DNA from: Armatimonadota bacterium
GTDB taxonomy: Bacteria; Armatimonadota; Armatimonadia; Armatimonadales; Armatimonadaceae
Direction: 5' to 3'
Length of the DNA: 64,000 nucleotides
Assembly (NCBI GenBank): GCA_043754515.1
Contig: JAYUUO010000150.1
Location: 1 to 64,000, forward strand
The notes under the pieces were generated by a model. The model did no database searches. It was not told the origin of the DNA and saw only the letters and a list, made by a program, of their open reading frames with translations. A program made the translations under genes and the position numbers. The first letter of the stretch is position 1. Every line of letters begins with the position of its first letter. Below are positions 17,400 through 26,617 of the stretch, one piece after another.

Positions 17400-18347
17400 A
17401 TGAAGGCGCGTCGCCGTGCCAGAAACCCACCCGTGTCCCCATCACTTACCCTAGAGCCGCCCGACACTGATAGACTACTCGCGCTGACGCGCGGGTGGTC
17501 CGTCGCCGGGGTGCGCGACGCCCTGCGTTCCGGCGACCCAGCCGCCATCGAGCGCGAGACCGCGCCGCTATGGAAAGGCACCATCGGGCATCTGACACGG
17601 TTCGCCGACGCCCTCATCCGCAGGGGGGCGGCGCGCGGAATAGGCATGGCGAAGGAGGACGAGGACATCGCCATTGAGGCACTGGACAAAGTGTTCGGGC
17701 TACTAGTTAGCGAGAATGGGGACCGGGTGCGCGACGAGTTACACCTGTTACGCGTCCTTTTCCGCGCGGCGCGGTGCGCCTTCGTGGACTCCATGCGCCT
17801 CGCGGACAACCGCCTCAGTAGCCCCCGCGAAAGCGTTCCCGCCTCCACGGCGGGGCGCGACGCGGGGACTACCGCCGACATGGTGCTCTTCGGCTCGGGT
17901 AAATCAGCCTTCGCCGTTCTTCATCTGCTCTTCACCGATGGCGAGCGGTTCGGACGTCTCCTGCGTAAGAGCCGGTCGGGGGTGCGTCACTCCCGCCAAT
18001 ACCAGGCATTGACTCTGTACGAACTGGGTGAGAGATTGCGGGATGACCTCCAAGACGGGAGCGCGGCGGGGCGGTCGGCGGCCACGCGCTTCTGGCGTCG
18101 GGTGGCACGGAGCGAAATCGGGATAGCGGAAGTGACGTGGGGTACCGTGGAATCGGCCGCCTGTAGTAGCGTCGGCGATTCGCCGGACGCGGCGACGCAG
18201 TTGTACGAGACGATCCGCGTCGCGGTCCTAGATACCACGGGCGCGGACGTGCAGAACCGGAATAAGCGGTATGTGATGCGCCACGAAATGACCCGGTTTC
18301 TCACGAAGTGCCGGTTCGATCTGGAAAAGGCAGGGAGTCTGCAATGA
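17400..18347 (+). CDS. Divergent ECF-type sigma-factor-like protein
   Basis: HLTRFA..EDEDIAIEALDKV..LFRAARCAFVDSMR follows the sigma2 pattern (DAEDLxQExF..LxxIARNxxxDxxR); VARSEIGIAEVTWGTVES resembles a sigma4 HTH. Confidence 0.62.
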   Translation: MKARRRARNPPVSPSLTLEPPDTDRLLALTRGWSVAGVRDALRSGDPAAIERETAPLWKGTIGHLTRFADALIRRGAARGIGMAKEDEDIAIEALDKVFGLLVSENGDRVRDELHLLRVLFRAARCAFVDSMRLADNRLSSPRESVPASTAGRDAGTTADMVLFGSGKSAFAVLHLLFTDGERFGRLLRKSRSGVRHSRQYQALTLYELGERLRDDLQDGSAAGRSAATRFWRRVARSEIGIAEVTWGTVESAACSSVGDSPDAATQLYETIRVAVLDTTGADVQNRNKRYVMRHEMTRFLTKCRFDLEKAGSLQ

Positions 18348-19051
18348 AAAAACGAGTCGAAGGAGTTGCCCAGGGAATCGCGGTCGAAGACGCTGGGAAC
18401 GGCACCTACGATGACTTTTCCTCGCGGGATATTTTGAGCGTCGTGTCGGGGCTGGCGGATCGTCAGGCGGCGCGGCATCTACTGGCACGGGCCGTTTCGG
18501 ATCACGTTCTACGCGAGCGGATCGCTCTGTCATTACCCCCCGAGGACGAAGAAACGGAGATCGCGGACGCGGTCAGCGAGCCGTCCGCTGTGTCCGACCG
18601 GATGAGTACGCGGGTGCGTCTGATGACGAGTCGGTACGCCACGGCAAGGGCGGATGTTGCCGCCGCGAACTCGCTCCTCGCGCGCATCCTGACCGTGCTG
18701 GACGGGTTGCTGACGTTGCCTGTCTTCGCACCGGCTTTCGCCGCCCCCGATAGTTTCGGTGACTTCTCCCTGCGGACCCAGACCCTGACCACGGCGGAAG
18801 GGGTTCGGGTCGAGTTCCATCAGTTCCCGTCCGATTCGGGGCCGCAACCTACGCTCCGCGTCATCGTGGATGCCTCCGTATTGGGTGCGTCCCATCGGTC
18901 GGCGGTGGTGACGATCTCCGGGCAGGACGAACCGTCGTTCTTGCTGATCGTGGTGTTAAATCCGGGCGGGAGCGGGTTTACTGATGTGACGGATCTGCCG
19001 CCATCGAGGTCGGCTCGGTGGCTGTCGGGGGTGACTCTCTCGCCGGGGTGA
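18344..19051 (+). CDS. Putative anti-sigma / protease-substrate protein
   Basis: ATGA overlap with the sigma-like gene and AGGGAG SD. N-terminal SRDILSVVSGLADRQAARHLL resembles an anti-sigma helical domain lacking Zn cysteines; PAFAA linker; beta-rich C-terminus. Confidence 0.5.
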   Translation: MKKRVEGVAQGIAVEDAGNGTYDDFSSRDILSVVSGLADRQAARHLLARAVSDHVLRERIALSLPPEDEETEIADAVSEPSAVSDRMSTRVRLMTSRYATARADVAAANSLLARILTVLDGLLTLPVFAPAFAAPDSFGDFSLRTQTLTTAEGVRVEFHQFPSDSGPQPTLRVIVDASVLGASHRSAVVTISGQDEPSFLLIVVLNPGGSGFTDVTDLPPSRSARWLSGVTLSPG

Positions 19052-22000
19052 TGATGGATCCGCGCCCGTACCCCTCCGACGACGAAGCGAGGCTGGTCTA
19101 TGCCGCGCTGGAGCGGCTTCTGGACGCGGCACGCGACGCGGTAGGTTCCGCGTCGCGCAACCCGCTTCTCCTGCTAGCGCGGCACTGTCTGGAACACCCC
19201 GCTCTGCGACCGTTCCGCGACGATCCTCTCCGCACATTGGGCGGCCGCTTTCTCAGCCTCGACGCGCGGGTGGCGACGCTCCGAAACGTGCTCGCGGCTG
19301 GGGGGATGCCGGTCGCCACCGTCGGCTCGGTCGGAGCAACGCTTTACATGCCGTGGGATGAACGGGTCGTGGTCTGCCGCGTGCTGGTAGCCGTCCTTTC
19401 ATCACATCCGCTCGACCGCTGGGAACGCCCGGTGCCGGTTCAGCCGATGTCCCCCGATCTGGAAGCGTCAGCAAACCGCGCGTTCGACGCGGTGCTTCAC
19501 ACGCTTCTGTTCGTCAGCCCGGACGGGAATCCCCCGACACCCCGCGTGGTGTATTGGAGCGTGGACGGCGCGGAAGCGGGGGGGCTCGCGGCGACCTCCG
19601 GCGATTCGCTGGAATTACCCCTTGCCCTCGCCTTCCTTTCCGCGCTGACCGGAATCCCCGTACCTACCGTCGTGGGGGCGACCGGCGCGATCCGCGACCC
19701 GGATCGGGTCGCGCCGGTCGGGTTTGTCGCGGCGAAGCGAAACGCCTACTTCGCGGCGGTCGGGGTGACCGCGCGGTTCCTCACCTCGGAGGACGGGAGG
19801 AGCATCGCGGAGTTCGCCGCCGGGCTGGATGACACTTGGGCGGCGCGATTCGCGCGAACTAGTCCCGAAGCCCTGACAACGCTCGCGCCTGGCGAACACG
19901 GCACGTTCCTGTGGGCGGAGATCGGGAACGTGCCGGCGCTATGGGAGACCCACGCGGCGGAGCTACGGGAGTTATTGCCGCGCTTCGAGACGCTATTCGA
20001 GGCGGCCGTGCGCGGCGCGGGCGGGCAACGATTCGGGCGTCGCCCCGACACCGGCGAGGGAACCGGCGCGGTATTCCGTGACCCAGGAGACGCGGTACGG
20101 GCGGCGACGATGTTGTTGCTTTCGGTACGCGCCTCGCCGCGCGGCCCCGCGGCGGGGGAAGCATCGCCGCCGCGCGTCGGCATCGCTCGCGGCGCGGGCG
20201 AGCCGATAGGGGATACGTGGCGCGGCACCGGCCCCGCGCAAGCGCGGCGCGTCGCCGATGCCGCGTCCGCCGGGCAGATCCTGGCGACCGATTCCGTCCA
20301 CCGGGCGATGGCACCGCTGGACTGGGTCGCCTGGGGGGCGCACCGATTACGGGATTCGCCCGGCACGGTCACGCTGTGGCAGGTCGTCGCGCCGGGCCTA
20401 CCCCGCGTGGATGTTCCGCCGGAGTCGCTGGACACCCGGCCGCACGATCTGCCCGTTTATGCGTCCGAACTGATCGGGAGAAGCGCGGAAATGGCGGCGG
20501 TATCGGCGGCGATCATCGCAGAAAGGATCGTCACGCTCACCGGTACGGGCGGCGTCGGAAAGTCGCGGCTCGCGGCGGCGGCGGCGGCGGACGCCCTGCT
20601 GAATCCATGCCTCGGGGATCTTCTGACGGATGGCGCGTTCTATGTCCCGCTCGACGCTCGCGTGGGTGCCGACGCAGCGAATATTCTCGGTGCCATCCGC
20701 GCGGCGATCGGTATCGGGGAGGCGGGGCGACTCGCCGCGAAGAAATGTCTTCTGCTCTTGGACAACGCCGAGGGCGTGCTCGGCGTGCTCGCGCCGCTCG
20801 TCAACACGCTCCTGACCGCCGCTCCGGGCATCCGCTTCCTGATCACGTCGCGTATCCCGCTCCGTCTGCGCGGCGAGAAGCGAATAACGGTCGCGCCGCT
20901 TCGGGTCCCGAGGCGCGATTCCTCTCCGGAGGAATGGGAGGGCACGCCTTCGGTGCGACTGTTCCGCGAGCGTGCTCGTGCCGCTGTGGGGGACTCCGTC
21001 GCACCCGTCGGCGGCGATCGGGAGGCTTTGACGCGCCTGCTCTGGCGTCTGGACGGCATCCCTCTCGCAATAGAGCTGGCGGCGGCGCGCACACGCTACC
21101 TACCCGTCCCCGAGATAGAGGCGCGACTCTCGGGTTCGCTACGCCTACTGTCCACCCGCGAGGGGAATGTGCCGGAGCGGCACCGAACATTGCTCGGCAC
21201 CCTGCAATGGTCCTACGATCTGTTGGGTGATGCGGAGAAGACTCTGCTCCTGCGTGTGACTGCGTTCGCGGGCGGGTTCGACCCGCGAGCCGTGGAGGGC
21301 GTCAGCGGCGACGCGCCCGGCACGTTCGACTCGCTGACGTCGCTTGAGGAACAGTCACTCCTGTACTGCCCTCGCTCCGACAAAGGCGAACCGCCGCGCT
21401 TCCACCTGCTCCAGACGGTGTCGGACTTCGCCCTCGAGAAATTGAGTGAGATGCCCGGCGGCGTAGACGCGGCGGCGCAAGCCCACGCGCGCTATTTTTT
21501 CGATCTTGCCGCGCGTAACGGCGACGAACGGGTAACCCGCACGGACCGCGAGGCCGAAGCGTTCGACGCGCTGGATCGCGAGATGGGAAACTTACGCGCC
21601 GCCTGGCTCACCCTGCGCGAATTGGGCGACGCGGGGCGGATCGCGACCTTCGCCGCGAACTTATCTCCCTTCCTGCGCCGCCGGGGTCACGCCCGCGAGC
21701 GCGCCGATTGGCTCGAAGCAGCGCTCCGGGTCGCGCCGACGGGTGCGCTCCGGCAACGACTCCGGCTCGCGTGGGCACTCGCCGCGGCGGAAACGGGGCG
21801 GGCGGAGGATGCGGCGGAGGTCGCGCGGCTGTTCTCCGACGCGGCGATCCGAACCAGGAACGTCGGCGAACAGGCCGACGCGGAGCGGCTGTTCGCGACG
21901 CTCGCTGGTCGCGCCGGACATTTCGACGTCGCGGAAGGCCACTTCGACCGCTCCGAGGCGTTGTATCGGGAGGCGGGTGACCGGCGCGGACTCGCAACTG

Positions 22001-22482
22001 TGTACAACAACCGCGCGGTGAACGCGATCGGTACAGGCGATGACGCGCGGGCGAGGCACTGGTGCGAGTCGGCGTTGACCCTCTGCCGCGAAACAGGCGA
22101 CGAGCGCGGCGAAGCCTACGCGAGCAACAATCTGGGCTATTTGCTGAGCGAAAGCGGCGACCACGACGAGGCACTACCCCATTTCCGCCGCCAGATGCGC
22201 CACTGCCAGGCTCAGCGCGACACGCTGGGTTGCGCCGTTTCGCTGTTCAATATAGGCGACGCATGGCTAAACCAGGGCCGAGCCGATGGGCTACCACTTC
22301 TGGTCGCCGCCACGGAGCTGTTCGCCCGCCTCGGACACCCGAACGCATCTACCGCTCTTTCCCGTGCCGACGAGTGGCTGACTCGAACAGACACGGCGCA
22401 AGGTGCGTTACACACCTTGCGCCGCGCCGCGAGCCGCCGCACCCTCGCCGAGTTACGGGAAACCCCTACCGAATCGCACTGA
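19048..22482 (+). CDS. Fusion of Lon-type Ser-Lys protease, degenerate class III cyclase, STAND (NB-ARC) NTPase and TPRs
   Basis: SGDSLELPLALAFLSALTG..ATGAI..VAPVGFVAAK with Ser (19606) and Lys (19735) 43 residues apart; cyclase-like TFLWAEI..GGQRF..TGEG..AGQIL; GTGGVGKS, LLLLDNAE, LDGIPLAIELAAAR; TPRs; GTGA overlap with the previous stop. Confidence 0.85.
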   Translation: MMMDPRPYPSDDEARLVYAALERLLDAARDAVGSASRNPLLLLARHCLEHPALRPFRDDPLRTLGGRFLSLDARVATLRNVLAAGGMPVATVGSVGATLYMPWDERVVVCRVLVAVLSSHPLDRWERPVPVQPMSPDLEASANRAFDAVLHTLLFVSPDGNPPTPRVVYWSVDGAEAGGLAATSGDSLELPLALAFLSALTGIPVPTVVGATGAIRDPDRVAPVGFVAAKRNAYFAAVGVTARFLTSEDGRSIAEFAAGLDDTWAARFARTSPEALTTLAPGEHGTFLWAEIGNVPALWETHAAELRELLPRFETLFEAAVRGAGGQRFGRRPDTGEGTGAVFRDPGDAVRAATMLLLSVRASPRGPAAGEASPPRVGIARGAGEPIGDTWRGTGPAQARRVADAASAGQILATDSVHRAMAPLDWVAWGAHRLRDSPGTVTLWQVVAPGLPRVDVPPESLDTRPHDLPVYASELIGRSAEMAAVSAAIIAERIVTLTGTGGVGKSRLAAAAAADALLNPCLGDLLTDGAFYVPLDARVGADAANILGAIRAAIGIGEAGRLAAKKCLLLLDNAEGVLGVLAPLVNTLLTAAPGIRFLITSRIPLRLRGEKRITVAPLRVPRRDSSPEEWEGTPSVRLFRERARAAVGDSVAPVGGDREALTRLLWRLDGIPLAIELAAARTRYLPVPEIEARLSGSLRLLSTREGNVPERHRTLLGTLQWSYDLLGDAEKTLLLRVTAFAGGFDPRAVEGVSGDAPGTFDSLTSLEEQSLLYCPRSDKGEPPRFHLLQTVSDFALEKLSEMPGGVDAAAQAHARYFFDLAARNGDERVTRTDREAEAFDALDREMGNLRAAWLTLRELGDAGRIATFAANLSPFLRRRGHARERADWLEAALRVAPTGALRQRLRLAWALAAAETGRAEDAAEVARLFSDAAIRTRNVGEQADAERLFATLAGRAGHFDVAEGHFDRSEALYREAGDRRGLATVYNNRAVNAIGTGDDARARHWCESALTLCRETGDERGEAYASNNLGYLLSESGDHDEALPHFRRQMRHCQAQRDTLGCAVSLFNIGDAWLNQGRADGLPLLVAATELFARLGHPNASTALSRADEWLTRTDTAQGALHTLRRAASRRTLAELRETPTESH

Positions 22483-24334
22483 ACGTACCGTCCTCAGAAC
22501 CGACATAAACAGTGTTGTCTGGTCCCACCGTCGGGGTCGTGTAAATCCGGTCGGGGAAGGGTACCAACCACTGCTGGAAGCCGTCCGGATTGAGCGCGTA
22601 CAGGTTGCCGTTTTGCGAGCCGACATATATCAGGCCGCTCGGACCGACCGCGACCGACGAATCCACGTCGGAGAACAGGTAGCCGCTCACGAACGGTATC
22701 TGGAACGGCCAGCCCGGTTTGATCGCGCCCGACCCGCTGTCCAGGGCGAACACCTGCCCGCCGACGCCATTACCCGTGGTCACCCCCCACGTCCCCACAT
22801 ACACCGTGCCGTCTGGCCCCACGACCGGCGCACCCGACACGAGCGTCGCGCTAGGCAACACCTTGCTCCAGGCGATCTTGCCGTCGGCGGTATTTATCCC
22901 GTACACCTTCACCTCGCCCACCGCGTTCAGCGCGGTCGCCGCGTACACCACCTTGCCTCCGGAGCCGAGCGCGGTGCCGACCGCGACGGTGCCATCGAGT
23001 ACCACCGGCAGGTACGAGAGCGTGCCGTCCGGCTTGAGGGCGTGGAACTGTGCCTGTGGCCCCGACAGGGTAAACGAGGTCGCGTAGATGTTTCCGCTGG
23101 CGGTGTCAACCGTGGGGGTGTTCACCACGCTGTCCACCCCGGCCACGGGGAGTGTGGTCTGAGTCAGTGGGGGGCCGAGCGTTGTCTTGACGATGCCGCC
23201 GGTCAGTGTCCCGAAGTAGAGTGTTGTGTCACCGACCAGGACCGGCGACCCTATCGCGCGGCTCGAACTAATGCCGGTAATCTCCGCGTAGCCCGCCGCC
23301 GTCCCCTGCTTCGTTAGCACGCCGGAAGTCGTGTTAAAGGCGAGCACGTTCCCGGCGTTGTCGAGCACATACCCCGTCGCGCCGTCGCTACTGATCGCGG
23401 GGCGGCTCACCGCCTGCCGCGTCGCGTTCACGGTGACCGGGAAGTTCGGTAGTGGTTTCCCGTTGGGGTCGAGGCCGTACAGACTCCCGAACTCGCCGCC
23501 TACGTAGACGTTGCCCGACGCGGAAACGGCCGCCCCCGAATGGGACGGGCTGTCAAGTGGCGGTACCGTGGACCAGACCACCACGCCCGCCCGCGCGACG
23601 TTCACGTCCACCGTGACCGAAAGCCCCGTCTCGGCGTCGGTCACCATCAGGGTTGTGGTCCCCAGTGCCCGCGCGGTCAGCGTGGTGATCCCGCTAACCG
23701 GGTCGGTAGCGACGGTCGCCATCGTCGGATCGGCTATCACGTAGCTCAACGAAGCGACTGGTACCATGTTACCGCCGCTCGCGGCGTCGTAGCCCGAGGC
23801 GTTGATCTTCGCGGTGCCGCCGGGGCCGGTGGTCGTGAGCGTGATCGGATTCGGCGTAACGCCAAGACGAACTATTGTAGTGGACAGATCCAGGGTCGCC
23901 GATTTATTATTGTCCGTCAGCGTGAAGGCGACCGTGGTCGAAGCCTTCGCCAGTGCCACCCCGGTGCCGTCCGTGCTCGCGAATGCGGTCGCTGTAAGCA
24001 CGTAGTCGGTCTTGATCGGTAGGTTACTGAACGTGACTGGCGTTGGCGCGCCGTTCGCCGGTCGCGCCACGGTCTGGGTCTGGGTTCCGCCCGCGCCGGT
24101 GATCGTCAGCGTGATACTCCGCGCGGCGAGTGGTATTTTGCGGGTGCCGTCGGGGCGGGGCCACTTGATCGTCATGGTCACCGACCCGGCTTTGCGGCTC
24201 GCCGCGGGTTGCGCGGTGTCCTTGTTGCCGCCGCCACAGCCCGCCGACAGCAGGGATAGTGACGCGGCGCAAGAGAAGGCGGTCAGCAAGGCGGCGGCGG
24301 GTAGGACCCGCGCGAAATGATTGGAATGTTTCAT
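22466..24334 (-). CDS. Lipoprotein with Ig-like domains and a PQQ/BamB-like beta-propeller
   Basis: Lipobox LSAGC; repeated P(V/T)VGPDxTVYVG / LYAL motifs in the C-terminal half. Confidence 0.8.
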   Translation of the reverse strand: MKHSNHFARVLPAAALLTAFSCAASLSLLSAGCGGGNKDTAQPAASRKAGSVTMTIKWPRPDGTRKIPLAARSITLTITGAGGTQTQTVARPANGAPTPVTFSNLPIKTDYVLTATAFASTDGTGVALAKASTTVAFTLTDNNKSATLDLSTTIVRLGVTPNPITLTTTGPGGTAKINASGYDAASGGNMVPVASLSYVIADPTMATVATDPVSGITTLTARALGTTTLMVTDAETGLSVTVDVNVARAGVVVWSTVPPLDSPSHSGAAVSASGNVYVGGEFGSLYGLDPNGKPLPNFPVTVNATRQAVSRPAISSDGATGYVLDNAGNVLAFNTTSGVLTKQGTAAGYAEITGISSSRAIGSPVLVGDTTLYFGTLTGGIVKTTLGPPLTQTTLPVAGVDSVVNTPTVDTASGNIYATSFTLSGPQAQFHALKPDGTLSYLPVVLDGTVAVGTALGSGGKVVYAATALNAVGEVKVYGINTADGKIAWSKVLPSATLVSGAPVVGPDGTVYVGTWGVTTGNGVGGQVFALDSGSGAIKPGWPFQIPFVSGYLFSDVDSSVAVGPSGLIYVGSQNGNLYALNPDGFQQWLVPFPDRIYTTPTVGPDNTVYVGSEDGTFSAIR

Positions 24335-24354
24335 ACGTGTTTCGGTACCCTCTC

Positions 24355-25722
24355 CTATTGCACCCCGACGCCGATTGTTCCGGCTCGGACATCAACGTCA
24401 ACGAAGTCGCTCTTGCGCGTATCGTACAAACTCGTCGCCACGACGCGGTACGAACCGGCGACATTGGGGGCGGTATAAACGCCGCCGCTGTCAATCGTGC
24501 CGAACCCCGTGACGGGCTTCCCTGTCGCTTTATCTACGACCTGCCAGCTGACGGCGGTCTGGCTCAGCGGGCCGTCCGGGTCGGAAACAACCGCGGTCAG
24601 GGGCAGTTTGTCCCCGATGCCGACGATCGCGCCCGCCTTATTCTGGATAGCGACCGTGACTTTCGAGGCGACCGTGACCGGAATGCGCACCACCTTCGCC
24701 GGGTCGGGGTCATAGTTGCTGGTGCCGGTGACCGTGAAACTCGCCTCGGTACGTCCGACCGTCAGCACCCCCGATGGCGTCAGGCTGACATCGCTCGGCG
24801 CGCCGACCAGTGCCCACGTGATGGTTGAGTCCGTAACGTTCGCGCCGGTCACGACCGCGCTGAAACTAAACGTCTTCTCGATAGACAGGGTCAGGGCCGA
24901 TGTATTAGGCGTGATAATCGCGTCCGAGGACACGAACACCGGCGTCGCCGCCGAGGTCGCCTGGTCAATGCTGACCACGACGGACGCGTCGCGCGGCTTG
25001 ATCCCGCGCAAGTTATCGCCGTCCACGGCGAGGCGGTCGGAGCCGGAGACCACAGTCACCCGCGCCGAGCCGGGGCGCACCATGATCCGCGTCCTGCCGT
25101 CGGCGTCGAGGCCCGAGTACTGGAGCGGCGTGCTTTGTCCCTGCATCACGGTCTGGTTCGGAACCACGACCACGGAGCGGATCCGCCCGTACGTCGCGAT
25201 GGTGGCGTCAATCGAGCCGTCCAGCTTTACGGTAGCACTCGCCTGCGCGGTGCCCACGACGTCGCCGGTCTCGCGGACATCGGCGAAGAATGTGACGGTG
25301 AGCGGGAAAGGGCGGCCCGTGACGGCGTTATCGGAAGAAACATATTCGACCGACGGGGCGCCGATCACGGCGGGGCGTTCGGCGGTGAACACAAGGTCCC
25401 CGCCGCCGTCCTTCGCGCCGACGAGGACGATCCGCGCGGACAGTGCCGACGACAGACCCGCGACACGACTGCGATCCCCCCACGCGATTGTGAGGCGTGC
25501 GCGGGCGGGCGTCGAGGGAGGCGTCGGGGTCGCCGTGGCCATCGGTGACGGCGTAACTAAGGGTGACGCGGACACCGTCGGGGACGGGCCGACCGACGGA
25601 GACACCGAGGGCTTGGGCGGATCCGAACTACCACCGCCGCAACCGGATAAACCGTACGTGATCAGACCGAGACAGGACATAACACCGAGCGAGCGGACTG
25701 CCCGGCGAGCGTGAAAGCGCAT
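24355..25722 (-). CDS. Lipoprotein with a Pro/Ser/Thr linker and tandem Ig-like domains
   Basis: AGGAG SD before ATG 25722; lipobox LSGC; PSVSPSVGPSPT linker; GTIDSGGVYTAP Ig-like motif. Confidence 0.78.
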   Translation of the reverse strand: MRFHARRAVRSLGVMSCLGLITYGLSGCGGGSSDPPKPSVSPSVGPSPTVSASPLVTPSPMATATPTPPSTPARARLTIAWGDRSRVAGLSSALSARIVLVGAKDGGGDLVFTAERPAVIGAPSVEYVSSDNAVTGRPFPLTVTFFADVRETGDVVGTAQASATVKLDGSIDATIATYGRIRSVVVVPNQTVMQGQSTPLQYSGLDADGRTRIMVRPGSARVTVVSGSDRLAVDGDNLRGIKPRDASVVVSIDQATSAATPVFVSSDAIITPNTSALTLSIEKTFSFSAVVTGANVTDSTITWALVGAPSDVSLTPSGVLTVGRTEASFTVTGTSNYDPDPAKVVRIPVTVASKVTVAIQNKAGAIVGIGDKLPLTAVVSDPDGPLSQTAVSWQVVDKATGKPVTGFGTIDSGGVYTAPNVAGSYRVVATSLYDTRKSDFVDVDVRAGTIGVGVQ

Positions 25723-25831
25723 ACCTGCTTTTCTCCTACATAGAAATGGGGCTATGAACGACTTTCGGCAGAAGGGCGGTAAAATCCTTCCCGCCCGAAA
25801 AATAGTTGCGACGACCGCTGTTTCCCGTTCC

Positions 25832-26443
25832 CTAGCCGGGAGGAGCAACCGCCGCCCATAATTCGGCCAACGAGAGGGGTATGGCGTCGGGGGTGAACGC
25901 GGACAGGGCACACCGGATCACCTCGCCGTTCATCAGGAGGCGCACGCGGGCATCCACCTCCGGCGGCAACGAGAGCGTGTTCGCCCCGCGCAGGAGCGCG
26001 ATAGCGGAGGCGATGAACCCTTCCTCGAAACCCAGATAGCCGACGAACCGCGCGGTACCGGCGCCGAGCACAGGCAGTTCTCCGCGGGCGACCTGGGCGT
26101 ACAGTTCGGCCTCGCGCGCGGTCTGCTTCACGACCACCACGCGCGCCCCGTTGTTCGTCGCCACGATCCGCCCCAGCCGCTTCGGCTCTATCTGCCCGCA
26201 GTCAATCCACAGGATCGGTGCCCCGGTGAGCGGGTCAGACGTCAGCAGGTCAGGCCGGTGGCGTTGCCCGATGTCGCCCGGCTCGATCCGCGGGGGTAGC
26301 CCGCCGCTCCGATCCCGGAACAACAGATAGGCAAAGATCTTCAGCACGATGTGACGCGGCGACTCGCTACTGCGACTCTCCAGCACGATCTTCTCGCGGG
26401 CATCTGCTTCGCCCTCTTTGAGCAACGTAAACGTGTACTTCAC
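25832..26443 (-). CDS. YaeQ-like protein (PD-(D/E)xK fold)
   Basis: SESPRHIVLKIFAYLLF, RPDL, LWIDCGQ. Confidence 0.7.
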   Translation of the reverse strand: MKYTFTLLKEGEADAREKIVLESRSSESPRHIVLKIFAYLLFRDRSGGLPPRIEPGDIGQRHRPDLLTSDPLTGAPILWIDCGQIEPKRLGRIVATNNGARVVVVKQTAREAELYAQVARGELPVLGAGTARFVGYLGFEEGFIASAIALLRGANTLSLPPEVDARVRLLMNGEVIRCALSAFTPDAIPLSLAELWAAVAPPG

Positions 26444-26617
26444 GGCGAACTATACCCGCCGAACAAGCCGGATTTCAATGCCAATGACGCGAAATAGTGC
26501 TTCCATGGTGTAACGATCTATTGTCACTGCCCGCCGACGCCATCCGCCACAAGAAGGACGACTCGCGCCGCCCACGGGCGCAAAGGATTATCAGTCGCCG
26601 ATAGAGAAAAAAGGGGC

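Noticed and set aside
22403..25714. Long plus-strand ORFs (22403-23317, 24716-25714) and similar antisense ORFs such as 27116-28447 and 50680-51822
   Set aside because: Shadow ORFs opposite well-supported genes, expected in high-GC DNA
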